From Nymphaea colorata (taxonomy: Eukaryota), in assembly GCF_008831285.2 (NCBI RefSeq), contig NC_045138.2, forward strand, positions 33,914,001 through 33,978,000: a stretch of DNA of 64,000 nt. The letters are read 5' to 3'. This document shows, one piece after another, positions 39,301 to 50,776 of the stretch. Position 1 is the stretch's first letter, and each line of letters opens with the position of its first letter. The notes beneath the pieces were generated by a model. The model saw only the letters and a program-made list of their open reading frames with translations, did not search any database and was not told where the DNA came from. Made by a program: the position numbers and the translations under genes.

Positions 39301-40685
39301 ATATCAAAAGTGGATGAATCCTTGGGTAGACATTCCTTGAGGACGTACATATTCCCTTGACGCTCCCCTCTAGCGAACATTTTCTTCGTTTGGAGGTCCT
39401 TGACATAGACAGAAGAAGGTGTGAATTCAACAGAAGAGCTTGTATCATCAATGAGTTTAGAAATGGATATGATGTTCTTTTTGATATTGGGAGCAAGAAC
39501 AACATTAGACAGTGATAGAGACGAGGATGACAATGGAATATGTGCATTTCCAATATGTGTAATAGGATGAGATTTTCCATCACCTGTTATAATGCAACTT
39601 CTACCGTAATGAGGGGATAAGTTAGTCAATTTACCTGCATTTCCTGTCACATGGGTAGCTGCACCTGAATCCAAGAACCATTCTCCCTGCTCATTTTGCT
39701 TTATAGTCATCTTTGAGAATGCGGCCATCAATAGCTGTTGCATATCTTCAGCGGTGGATTTAGAACTTTGTCCTCCTTGTTTATAATCATGTCTTACTCC
39801 TTTGTTTTTATTTTGAGGATTAAACCAACATTGTGCCTTCATGTGTCCTTTCTTGTTGCACTGAAAACAAATTGGTATTTTTCTTGAAGTATCCAAAGGA
39901 GACATACCTTGGTTATGTGGTGTTGGTAGAATGCCACGACCACCATGGTTGGAGTTCCCATGGCTCTTACCAAACTTTACATTCATAGCCAACACATTTT
40001 GGGAGTTCCCTTGATCAGTCCTTTCAATGACTCTTTTCATATTCATTTCATGTTGGAGAAGTTTACCTTGTAGTTCGTTGAAGGAAGGCAGAACAGGAAG
40101 GACCTCAAGAGCTGTAATAAAAGCATGATAATCATGCCCAAGTCCATTCAAGGTTTGCTGCACCTTTTCCTTATCAGAAATGTTATTCCCTGAGGCAGCA
40201 AGTTGGTCTGCGACGGCCTTAATACGCCCCAAATAATCCATGATAGACGTTGAACCTTTGCTCAAATTCTGAAATTCTTTCTTTAAGTACATAATTCGAG
40301 CTTCTGATATTTGGGAAAAGGTATCAGCAAGGGTTTCCCATAATTCTTCTGCAGTACAATCATCAGAAACTGAAAGTAACACTTGTTGAGATAAAGTGGA
40401 CAAAATATACGCAACCAGACTTTGATCACGTCTCATCCACATAGCATGTTCAGGATTGTTGTCTTCATGAACAACAATAACTTCTCCTGCCTCATTTTTT
40501 ATTTCCTGTAAGACGGATATTGGTGGAGCCTTTGTTGAACCATCGAGATGTCCAAAGAGGCCTTGACTTCTTATGAAAGGCATGATTTGCCTTTTCCAGA
40601 TCAGATAATTCTCATGGTTGAGTTTTTCGGTAATAAGGTGAGGAAGAAAACTTGAGGACATGCCAGAATGCGAAAGGTTTTCCAT
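36369..40685 (-). CDS. Copia Gag-Pol polyprotein (1438 aa from the first ATG)
   Basis: Gag (KLNHENYLIWK), zinc knuckle CFQCNKKGHMKAQC, protease WFLDSGAATH, LWHSRLGH, integrase [44 protein letters not shown] and RNase H FTDADWAG/CDNQSAI. The INT-RT-RH order is the Copia order. Confidence 0.96.
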   Translation of the reverse strand: MENLSHSGMSSSFLPHLITEKLNHENYLIWKRQIMPFIRSQGLFGHLDGSTKAPPISVLQEIKNEAGEVIVVHEDNNPEHAMWMRRDQSLVAYILSTLSQQVLLSVSDDCTAEELWETLADTFSQISEARIMYLKKEFQNLSKGSTSIMDYLGRIKAVADQLAASGNNISDKEKVQQTLNGLGHDYHAFITALEVLPVLPSFNELQGKLLQHEMNMKRVIERTDQGNSQNVLAMNVKFGKSHGNSNHGGRGILPTPHNQGMSPLDTSRKIPICFQCNKKGHMKAQCWFNPQNKNKGVRHDYKQGGQSSKSTAEDMQQLLMAAFSKMTIKQNEQGEWFLDSGAATHVTGNAGKLTNLSPHYGRSCIITGDGKSHPITHIGNAHIPLSSSSLSLSNVVLAPNIKKNIISISKLIDDTSSSVEFTPSSVYVKDLQTKKMFARGERQGNMYVLKECLPKDSSTFDIGLKTFSLSHNASSVPSSCHFQSKVRGPNQFLESDLWHSRLGHCGRHFIEKLVTDSLIPRSSLPLTSSVKKCSSCGLCKSHVLPFHNINQRASKPFETIFSDVWGPAPIDSMSGSRYYVLFIDSYSRFTWIYFMKHKSEVPHIFRNFYAMIQTKFSSNVVHFQCDGGGEYSSLDFIEFLREKGITRQIFCPYTPQQNGVVERKHRHIVESAMSMMHDTNVPISLWTEAFHTAVYIINCLPMTLLMSKSPYFTLLGKQPDYKNLKVFGCVCYVHVDAALRNKFQDKAIQCRFVEYADEYKGFRCYDPTTKRIKTSRNVIFDEHSFDNTNEMPMTIESYDPWTSTQLFNADPVIENDVPQSEDSERAIQPSDMAQSENQEDPTQSLSHHENNNEQSNDAHRYSGLIYSRRLRDRDAHSEEDNMPHLRRSQRIRHPIHRWVSYDSLSLDFQLFMAKVGKEEEPTSFDEASKSHHWRKAMKEEMDALHECGTWEIVPRPHEKNVVGSKWVYKIKYKPDGSIERHKARLVAKGFTQQYGEDYDETFSPVIKMGTIRVIISLAVEYGWRLHQMDVKNAFLHGDLREEVYMEQPPGYTKGDSHAWVCKLRKSIYGLKQASRSWFDSFSCKIQECDFRRCPLDHSLFIYRKENIFTLLLIYVDDIVITGNSEKHIEEAKVLMMQNFKMKELGDLRFFLGVEIDRHNNRLTLTQQKYTLDLLKKSGMSDCKPVGTPSVLNQRLSAQDGELYEDPTQYRSIVGALQYLTFTRPDIIYAVNQVSQFMHAPRDTHMDAVKRILRYLKGTARDGLVYGKSENITTGHQLMTFTDADWAGDPDQRKSISGFCIFIGRNLVSWSCRKQKAVARSSTEAEYRCMAAGTAEVTWVRHLLEDIGEKIKTSMLMCDNQSAINIAFNPVQHGRTKHIEIDQHFVRQKVEDKKIQPIYVRTDEQVADLFTKGLTKERFWFLKGKLYMVQNHAQLEGGC

Positions 40686-40906
40686 GACAGCAGAAAAGAA
40701 TGGTATATAGGTAGAAGATGAGAGGGAAAGAAGACACGATATAACAAGATGTGTCCTTGGTAAGCAAGAAGAAAAAAGGAACAAGAATTGCGCAAGAGAA
40801 AAGTAAATTCAGGATAGAGACAAGATGAGAAAAGAGTTCTAACCAGATCAGACCTGTTTGGGCATTTCGTTTGGTAGAGATAACGTAACCTGGCGCTCTG
40901 ATACCA

Positions 40907-40958
40907 TGATAGAAATGTAGCACCAATATCTGTAACCCGAAAACAGCACTCAAGCAGG

Positions 40959-41003
<45 letters not shown>

Positions 41004-41366
41004 TGAAAACAAGAAGAAACTGAGGAGAAGAAGCCGTAGCCAAAATGGTTTGCACGGCCTCTATTTATAATCTCATTTTCAGAATTCTAAGAGTCTCCAA
41101 TCGTAGAATCCTAGGAGATTTCACAAGCTTCAAGGACATTAATTACATCATAGAAACCTAAGAGACTTCACATATTACAAGGATATTAACTACAACATAG
41201 AATCCTAGGAGACTTCCCATATAACAAGGATATTAACTATAACATAGAATCCTAGGAGACTCTTCACATGTTACAAGGACATTAAATATTTTAACACATT
41301 CTACAAGGAGGTGGAATCCTAAGAGACTCCTCTTCAACGTGCTGGTGAAGGATTTATATTTTAACA
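40907..41366 (-). repeat. Inner element 5' LTR
   Basis: 460 bp, TG...CA, adjacent to the PBS, and appears identical to 35915-36374. Confidence 0.95.
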
Positions 41367-44300
41367 GGTATGAGGTTGTTGAATTCTTTGTGGTGAAGGC
41401 AATGATGTAGGCAAGGACACAACATTTGAGGTGCTTTGATTTGATTCAGAATGAGGCTGTCTTGCGAAAGGAACTTCATCGCCAATTCCAACTAATGGCA
41501 ATACAGTCTTCTCACTTGCATAAGGAGATTTCTTGTTGTTTTCAGCTATGGGCTGCTTGACGTTCATCTCCCCCTTTCTTTGGTCATCAAAGAATGACTC
41601 CTGTTCAAAAAACTTCACATCACGAGATATAAGAAATTTTTTAGTAGTTGGATCATAACACTTGTACCCCTTCTTTCTACTAGAATAGCCGAGGAAGATA
41701 CATTTAACAGCATGCTTTTCAAATTTGTTCCTAAATTTTTCTTGTATATGAGCATAACACTTGCATCCGAACACTTTATAATGCTTTATAGATACTTTTC
41801 TATTGAGAAGAACTTCTATAGGAATTTTATTTTTAATGCTAGAGTTGGGTGCCCTGTTGGCAATATAACATGCTATAGTTATAGCATCATTCCAAAAACG
41901 AAACGGAACATGCATATGTATCATAAGAGAACGAGCAATGTTCAGAAGTTGTCTATTTTTTCGTTCAGCAACTCCATTCTGCTGTGGGATACCAACACAA
42001 GAGTACTGAGGCTGTATTCCTTCTCCTTTTAGAAAGTTTTCAAGAGCATCATTCACACATTCGCCTCTATTATCGAAGCGAAGTTTTTTAATTTTTACTC
42101 CATATTGAGTATGTACCATCTTGAAAAAATCTTGAAAAGCATTAAAAACTTCACTCTTATGCTTGAGAAAAAACAACCAAGTCATGCGAGTCTTATCATC
42201 AATAAAGGAAACATAGTATCTAAATCCAGAATATGACACTTCTGGGACTGGTCCCCAAACATCTGAGTGAACTAAATCAAAAATTGCATTAGACTTTTCA
42301 GTAGAAGATTGAAATGGTAGTCTCGTGGATTTAGAAAATTCACAAGCATCACATGAAGTATTTTCAACTGTAAGATAAGGAATAAGACGAATTAAATTTT
42401 GGTCAGAGATGTGACCAGGTCTGGCGTGCCAGGTCAACTTCTATCTTTCTGGTCATTCATCATGAAACTGCAACTATCTTTCTCCATCACGTACAACTCA
42501 TTCTGCTCGTGCCCTCTACCAATCTCCCGTTTCATCACACGATCCTGAAATATCACATCCTTTGAGGAAAAAACAGCCAGATAATCATGAGACTTGGTTA
42601 ATTTGCTTACTGACATAAGATTTGCTGATAGTTTAGGAATATATAAAACTCGAGATTTCTGCCCCCTTTCAAAGAATTTAGTTTCACCGTATCCTTCAGC
42701 AGTAATTGCCGATCCATCAGCAGTAAAACAGGTCGTTTATTTGTTTTGTCAATGTTGATCGATTTTGTTATGTCACTAGACATATGATCAGTAGCTCCTG
42801 TATCAATGACCCATGTAGAACGATTTAAAGTAGCAGTCAAAGCAAAGTTGTTACCTTCAGAATTGCTGATGGGCTGAGATGAAATTAAATTTGTCTTGGC
42901 GAATTTTTGAAAGAATTTCTCAAGATCGTCCTTGGTAACGAAGTTGGCTGAGTCAGAATTTGTGGAAGTCACTGCTTTATCTCTTGTGGGTTTTCCAACC
43001 AGCTCTCAGCATTTTTCACGGGTATGCCTAGATCGCCTGCAGTGGGTGCATTTAGATTTGTTTCTTCCTTTCTGTTAGCTGAATTTGGCATTGAGAGGCT
43101 TGTTGGCATTCAGAAGTTTTTGATCTCCTTTGGTATAATCGGCTTGGTCTACATATGCCATTTTTTCATTGCTTTCTTCAGTTTTGGTGTTGGAATTCAT
43201 AACTTGTCTTCGGGCAGCCTCCCTTTGTATCATTTGACAAACGCTATTGAAGTTGGGAAAGGGAGTGGTATTAAGGATTTGACTCCTAACACCCTCATAT
43301 TCAGCTCTTAATCCAGCCAGAAACTTAAATATTTTGTCTTCTTCAAATCAAATTTTGTATGTATCGGGATCAGTCGTAGCAGGCCTATATTGCATAAGTT
43401 CATCAAATCGGCTTTTGAGTTCTCCTATGTAAAGATTTAGCAGCTTTTCTCCCTTCATAAGGTTGGCGATCTCGACTTGAATTTGATAAACTCGTGCGAG
43501 ATTATTTTGTTCGGAGAAGAGTTGTTTTAACTCATCCCAAATCTCTTTTGCAGTTTCTTGATACATAAATAATTTTAAAATAGAGGGCTCCATAGAGTTG
43601 ATAAGCCATGACATTACCATATCATTTTCAGATTGCCAATCATCAAATTTAGGATCCGAACTATCTGGAGGACTGATCTTTCCGTTTATGTAGCCGATTT
43701 TGGATCGTCCGCTTAAAAATAATCGAGCCGCCTTTGCCCAACTCAAGTAATTTTCACCATTCAAGAGAATATTGGTGATTTTCAAAGGTTGGATGCCTTG
43801 TTCGTTGTTATTGAGGCGTCTAGAGTTTTCTGTATTTTCTTGTCTTTGTTGTTCGCTTGCCATGATTTAAGCCAAGAAATGACAGAAATCTATCAAATAT
43901 AGAAAGAGATATCAAAAAAACCAACCTTGGTGCAGCAGAGAATTCAGAAGACCAAAGAAAGATTCCAGAAGGCCTGGCGGAACTACAGGACTCCTGGTCG
44001 ACAGTGGAGGTCCTTCTTTGAAAAGTCACCAAAAATCAACCCAAGCTCCAATCGTTCTGAAATTTGGTCCACAGCACCCTTGGATATGTATGGAAGGACG
44101 CCCCAAGAATGAGCTTCAACCGACTCTCCTAGGTAGGACTCGTTGAAGCTGGAAGATGTCAATCTGTTGCAGGTTCCAATTCTGTTCAGGTTAAGGCAAA
44201 GAACAGAGGAACAAAAGCGATTCTCAGGACAGGGCGATCTTTCAAAAATCACCACGGATGATCTCGACCTCCAAAAATCCTAAAAACTGGTTGGTAGGTG

Positions 44301-44646
44301 GCTGATATCCCAAGGAACAGACGTCCAAAAGATCAAGCCAAAAAAGGAACTCCAGATATGACTCGTTGAAGGGTTTCTCCTCTGTTTTAATCACCCACCC
44401 AGTTCTGCTATCTTATGCTGAAACAGAACACAATAGATAAGCGGCATGAAGAAAAACAAGGTTCTGCCGATGCCGATGAAAATTTTGGTTGAGCATCAGA
44501 CAACAGACTCCGCAAGCGTGAAACGCCGTTGAATAAGAATTCCAAATCTGATGATAAATTCAGCAGCAGCTCCACAACCACCCGACGCTTCAAAAAAACA
44601 GCAGAGAAAAAATTTCCAGCAGGATCACATAACCTTCTCTGATACA

Positions 44647-44941
44647 TGTTAAAAAACCATAAGAGGAACAAGGAGAAACAACAAGAATTTACGTGGTTCG
44701 GCACTGAGGCCTACGTCCACGGAGGAAGAAGAAGACTTTCACTTTTTTTATTTCACTGCTCTGTTTACAATCAAAGAGAGAAGGGAGATTTATACACTTT
44801 GATTTTGGCGATAACCAAGAGAACGGTTATGCAAAGAATTATGGAGGATTTCTTTCCCTTATCTAATCAATTGTAACAGCAGGATACTCTTGATATGCTT
44901 GCCAATCTTGATGTCAATCTTCCTCAATAAATCTCGTAACA
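44647..44941 (-). repeat. Outer element 5' LTR (295 bp)
   Basis: TGTTA...TAACA termini, followed by the TSD ATATC. Confidence 0.9.
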
Positions 44942-45109
44942 ATATCTACCCTTTCTTATGAACAAAAAAATTTCGTGAACCGACATAACTCATAAATTCA
45001 GTAGAGGTTGAGTAGTTGCAGCTAATCCTAGCGTAGCTGGCCCAAGTCATCTTACGTAGTTGGTTGAACCGACAATAGATGGGTGACTGGTTGTTAGTTC
45101 AATTGTAAG

Positions 45110-45299
45110 TAAGGGTGGAGCCAAGGGGGCTTGTAGGCACCATGGTGCCTCTCAAAAAAAAAAAATTTACATGTAAATTTTAAAAAATTTAAGTTGTCAT
45201 ATATAAAAATTAAAAAAAAAAAGATATTTCTGGCACTGTCAAAATTTAAAAAGTTTAATTCAGCTCCCTCCTCATGAAAAATTTCTGGCTCTCTCCTTG
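45110..45299. mobile_element. MITE-like insertion (AGGG..GGAGCCA-type TIR)
   Basis: Imperfect TIRs taagggtggagcca / tggctctctccttg, an AT-rich core, and GTAAG on both flanks. It is absent from the paralogous flank near 56850. Confidence 0.5.
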
Positions 45300-46642
45300 G
45301 TAAGCCAACAAATGTAAAAGCCTTAGGACAATGTATTAACTTGAGATTTAATCTACTTGGTCAGGGAGCAGCAATGTTTCTTGACGAAAGTGCAAAATCA
45401 TCACATAACAAGTGAGGAAATTAAATTAAATTACTAGTTCTAGTATAGCTGATCCTAGGTCATTATCAAGTGGCTGAATATAAAACGAAAGATAGAATTG
45501 AGACTAGGTGCTTATCTCAATTCCATCCAAGATTAGATCTTGGTTGCTCAACTTGCCCGAGGAATAAATTTGAGCTTGCTACCCAAGGTGGGTGGGTTCG
45601 TTTCCACACTAGAGCTACTCTAGACTGAGCTGAGTAAAGTAAAGGAAGGTTCAATCACAAACTGGTTTCTTTACCCAAGAATATCTACTAGCTAAAATGA
45701 GCAAGCAATAGATTCAATCACTTGTCGTCTTGAGAAATGATAAGATATGTATTCTATGTTGAATTTTTATTCAACCTATTTTCGTGTGTTATGCCCCCAA
45801 TCTGAGTAGTTTTTCTTTCTAAATGCAGAACGGGTCCTAACATTCATTGGTTTGAGAAAGGATATGTTGATCCTAAGATATTGCACCAAATAAAGAAAGC
45901 CTCTATCTGTGAGCGAGAGGAGTTTTTAATCTCACCATTGGAAAAGCCAAAAATCCTACTCCATAGTCCAAGGCTGTGTTGGGGCCTAGTGCAGATCTAA
46001 TTTATCATCAACCTGCTCACCCCATTGGCACATAAATAAAGGCATTTGTGTTGTGTACACTTTAGTTTGTGAACTTCATTTCTATAATTTTGTACGAACT
46101 ACAACGTTTAGATCCAATTCCAGCAAACCTGCTTCATCAAATCCTTTTGGGGTTTGAGTATGAAACTTTGCATCTCATGACTGCACACGAACGAGATTGG
46201 TCAATCAATTAATATCATGTTGGAAGGTTTAGGAATGAAGGAACGATTTAATGATCTTGCTTTCGAGACATTGAAACCATATTGAAAAATATTTCAAAAC
46301 CAAGTCTGTCTGTGCGAACCTAAATCTAGAAATTTGGATTTAGATTCAGGACTAAAAAGATCCGCCCATATAGGTTCGTTTTTGGGTGCCTATCCTTTTC
46401 AAATATTCTCAATGGCTTTTGAAGAACCGTCGACTCCCAGGATCATTTACATATACCTACCCATAGTTTGCCAATTTTTATTTGACTACTGGTTTACATG
46501 ATCATTTCTTGAAAGGGAAAATATAGATTGAGCAAAACGAAAATGATAAAAGGCATCGCTTTGAAGAAGGAGATTGGAAAAGTAAGACCGTATGTGGATG
46601 TAGAGAGACCTTTTATATAATTTCAAATCATATCGCCTCATT

Positions 46643-47803
46643 TTTGCAAAAATCTACCAGCTCGAGTCCTGGAAAACTTTTATTCCCTTGCCTTCATCAG
46701 AGTCTGATACGGGCCTAAATTCGGGCCAAAGGCAAACTGTCGAACCAACTACCCAAGTGGGTCAATCTGGACTCGTGAAGGCTATGAGTGAGTTCGTCAT
46801 GGTGTTTGGACCGTTTGACGAGGTTAATGATCAGCTTGGAGTTATTCCAGTGGACGGAGCAACAACGGCCAAGTTCAAGGAATTAAAGAATGAACCTCAA
46901 GGCGGTCAAGAGCCATTACTAGGACTCACCCTACTAGAATAGTCTAAACCCTTATTGAGTCTAAATCCGAGGTCAAACAACGTAGCCTAGACCGAACCTA
47001 GGCAGATTGGGTGGAGCCTGCCCAAGCTCAACCATGCGCCCATGAGGAAAATGTATCCCCCAAGATCCATGGGTTCTCACTCTAGACTTGAGACGAGTAG
47101 CGTCTCACTTTTCTACTTCATTTGTTTTAGTAATTGATTTGATTCATGAGTGAACCGGTTCAATCCATCTGTGAACCGAGTCACCCTAGCTAGTACTTAA
47201 GCTTTCTGTACTTTGGATTTGATATGCAATTATGGAATAGAATTCTCATTTGTGAGATTTGTCTCTCTCTCCTCTCGTGTTCTTCTCTCACCCCTCTCAC
47301 GGGTCACCCTTCTCCCACTGTGGTCGTCTTCCTCAACCGTGCCTCCTCTCTCCCACGGTGGTACCCTTTCCCCCCTCACGCGTCCCCTACCTTGAGACGC
47401 CTTCACCATCTTCTCCCTTGCCTCGTAAGTTCTCTCTTTTATCTAGTCATCTTCTTTGTGGCGTCCTCTATTCCCTTGTCAACCCCTTGGTGAAGATCCG
47501 GCGACTGTAATAGCACCATCTCATCTCCAAACCGAAGGTTATCTCTCCCATTTTGGCTCGTTTTTTTGTCTCCCAGCATCCTCTCCGAATTAAGGATCAC
47601 GGCTTAAGAATAGCGGCAAGCTCCGGCGTGCGCGGCCTCCGATCGGTCCACGAAGAACCCCATGGCAACAACCATTGATTATGGTGCCTTTGCAAAAATC
47701 TACCAGCTCGAGTCCTGGAAAACTTTTATTCCCTTGCCTTCATCAGAGTCTGATACGGGCCTAAATTCGGGCCAAAGGCAAACTGCCGAACCAACTACTC
47801 AAG
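46643..47803. repeat. ~115-bp direct repeat pair (46643-46757 and 47689-47803)
   Basis: tttgcaaaaatctaccagctcgagtcctggaaaac...gaaccaactac(c/t)caag occurs twice with about 2 mismatches. Confidence 0.9.
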
Positions 47804-49467
47804 CAAACACCCGTAGGTTGTGAGGCTGGTCTCATACCGGAAAAGTTGAAAAAGAAAGGGAAACCATCTTCCTCGGCATCGACTCCAAAAGCATCAAAAC
47901 GAGAAGGTTAGTACCGAAGACCTTGAGAGTTTGTTAGCAACATGTTGGGTTGATTTAGCGTTGTGTTCGGCTCAAGATTGAGATCTGTCCCTCGGTGCAA
48001 TCCCCGAGAGTCCGACCTCTCTCCGTTGGGTGAAAACAGCCTTAAAGCTTCTCTTACGCGTCTCAAGAGCCTCTAGACTCTTGCGGTTCTTTCCCTCCGA
48101 GTTTGGAAGGAGATTCATGGTGAAAAGTCTCAAGAATCCATTCGATGAATCTCGGCTCTAGTAAGCTCAGTCTGTGTTATTCCAGCAAGGGAAAGTGCAA
48201 CAAAAAATACATATCCGGGCATGATTTCAAGAAGAAAAGCATTCAGTAAGTAAGCATCGCCCAAGCAAAGGAGTCATGATTGCAAGGTTTGGCGTAATTT
48301 CGGCCATCAAAAATGGAGTTGTAGGCCTCGGCCTGAAATTAATTGGAATTCCGATGGTCGCACGGTCAGCATTTAGACGAAGTCCAGCATGGACCAGATT
48401 GCCCCTCAAACCCGAAAAGGCACAAGGGGTAAATTGGACTTTGATCGAAGGAGCGCACTAGGGTTTCCAGTCCCTAGCCACCAGTGCAAGCTCGCACATT
48501 CCTTGGCCGCCGGTCATTTTTTGGTAAGTTCAATCATTTCCTTCTTCGGTTTCATCACATCACAGCCCCTCGTCCACCCACCTAGAGTCAACCTTCCTAA
48601 TCCTCTGAGCTCGCCAGCCACCTAAGTCCGATCTTATTCCTACAATTGAGGAAGAAGATGATCCCGCATCCCATTTGCATATTCTTTTTTAGTGTCAACC
48701 CTAACTCGTAATTCCTATTTCAAAATAGCCACACCCTTGACCACGTGTCACACATCTGGTCCACGCCAAGCTCAGCACGTGCGATCCCTCCTCCTACAAT
48801 CCCACGTAATCTCTCTATCGCTCCCTCTTTGTAATCCTTCCTTAACTGCAGCCCCTTGCTATCCTCCACGTGTCATATTCCTAGAGAAGAAGAAGATTTC
48901 GGCTAGGCCACTTACCAATTTGGCGCCCATTCCTCGTGTTCATCCCTTTTAGATCTTTGGCACTTGGCCTTTTCTCACCCCCTTCATTTTACCAATTAGG
49001 ATCTCGCCAGCCTTCATCCAATTAGGCAACTCCTAAACGCGGACCCCACCGCGCCGTGTTATCCCATTTTGGCAATCCCATCCCCATGAGCTTCCTTTCC
49101 TTTCCTTCCCATTTAGAAAGTAGCCACTACGGTCCAAGGCAGCTAGTTCCCTCGTGGCCAAGTGTCCCGGACCTACCTGAAACGGCTAGACCTAAGCCGC
49201 ACCCACCTTCCACACTTACCTTCTTATTCGGGTCTTTGACTTAGCTTAAGTCAACCCCAACCACATCCACGCCTAGACCTATACTTAGTCAACCTACACT
49301 CGACCTAGCCTACCCATCCCTACCTTGACCCACCTATAGCTAGGTCTGCTCGAGCTCTGGACTGAGCTCATGCCCGTAGCTAGGTTCACCTAGGTTCTAG
49401 ACCGAACCCTTCGCTGCAACCAAAACTTCCTCATCTGCAGCGGGATCAGTTCAACGGTAGAACCCAT

Positions 49468-49700
49468 CTTCCGACAAAATTTCGGGAGGTGATGACAATT
49501 GAGTAAAAGGAAAAGTTTTCTCTTTTAATCTGCATCCACGATTTATCCCTTATCCGATATTCTCTCAATTGGTAAGGAATCTTAAGTCACTATGCATTTA
49601 CCTGAATTTCGTCAACGACAGTTTGGCATTCCTCATTTATGTGATGGCACTTGTGATTTGAAGTCGATTGAACAAGGCATTTTACTGAAATTCTTCTATT
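49468..49700 (+). pseudogene. Relic 3' end and 3' UTR of a duplicated histone H2A gene
   Basis: cttccgacaaaatttcgggaggtgatgacaattgagtaaaagga... encodes SDKISGGDDN* versus [10 protein letters not shown] in the intact gene. The downstream sequence (aattggtaaggaatcttaagtcactatgcatttacctgaatttcgt) matches the H2A 3' UTR near 58496-58540. Confidence 0.88.
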
Positions 49701-50776
49701 TGGGGAGAAAAAATGTGCCACCAAACTTGGTTTGGATTTGCATGAATCGACCCATATGTGTCAGTATGTATCAGGTTAATTCAACTTTTTTTTTTTCTTT
49801 AATGCCATCTGCTTTTTGAAATTTCGAATTGCTGTAAAGTAACCTCTGTCTGTTTCGGAGTCCAGACAATCCAAATAAATCGGCTGCCTCCAAGTTGAGA
49901 TGGCCCATGAGGTCTGTTCCTTCACAAAACAATTCACACCATGCCTGCTCACCAACAGGATTTGTCGCGGCAGTATCCTTTATCTCATACGTCCCTTCCA
50001 AAATCCAACCATGGTCAGCCTGGCTTCCCTTCAGAAGGAAGCGGAATAAACAAATAACTAAACATTTCCCCTGGGACATGCATCAGTTCCTAGCATGAGA
50101 AAACGACTCCCGTACTCGAGAAATCTTTGTTACATAGGCCCCCGCTTTGTTTATTTTCTAAAAAGTTCCAGACCAAGAAGTGCTATGTATGTCATTATCT
50201 ATTAACCTCCAGATCAGCTAGATTAGAGGGGGCTGATAGCTGTATCCTTCTTTTTTCACTACAAGGACAGACTCGTTTTCTGAGTCTACCATATAAGCCG
50301 CGGAATGGGCATCTTTCAGATTTTTTTTCCTTTCATACTCTACAAATCAAACTAGAGAACTCGTAAAAAAATCATGTTCTAATTATAAGTCTGCCAAGAT
50401 TTTCAAAGAAAACCCATCTTATATATCAACCCTTTCATTTTTATCAATCTTGTAACAAGTATATCTTAACAATGGCGATGAAGAACAACATTAATATTGC
50501 TAGCAATTGTCTCGCATTATGAAAACATGCACGGGACGGAAGCATGTTTTAAGCTAGCACCATGACCAATAGAGAAGTTTCTATTTTATTTTATTTTATT
50601 TTACTTAAGAAACATGCCCAAGCTACAGATAGATCAAAGAGTTACTAGCCGGCCAACAGATTTGCAAATCCCCGGGCACGAGATGATAACGCAAGCAAGC
50701 AGACACTAGGACACAGCCTTGAACAAGCCGGTAGTCCAGTTCAACAGCATATATAGATTACGAAGACGAGGGTTTT

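Larger units (their letters stand above)
35915..41366 (-). mobile_element. Inner, structurally intact Ty1/Copia LTR retrotransposon (5452 bp)
   Basis: Two 460-bp TG...CA LTRs (35915-36374 and 40907-41366); TSD GGTAT (35910-35914 / 41367-41371); PBS TGGTATCAGAGC (40906-40895); PPT GAGGGAGGG abutting the 3' LTR; a single uninterrupted gag-pol ORF. Confidence 0.97.
34138..44941 (-). mobile_element. Outer Ty1/Copia LTR retrotransposon, decayed and interrupted by a nested element
   Basis: 5' LTR 44647-44941 (TGTTA...TAACA); truncated 3' LTR 34138-34409; 5-bp TSD ATATC (34133-34137 / 44942-44946); degenerate Met-tRNA PBS (TGTATCAGAG) inside the 5' LTR. Frameshifted ORF pieces: gag (43863-, LNGENYLSW), protease (WVIDTGATDHM), integrase (HSDVWGP, PQQNGVAERKNR), RT ([20 protein letters not shown]) and RNase H (YTDADWAG). 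Confidence 0.93.

Noticed and set aside
36369..40784. 1471-aa ORF as a host or domesticated gene
   Set aside because: It is flanked by LTRs, PBS, PPT and a TSD, so it is an ordinary Copia Gag-Pol. The first ATG is at 40685.
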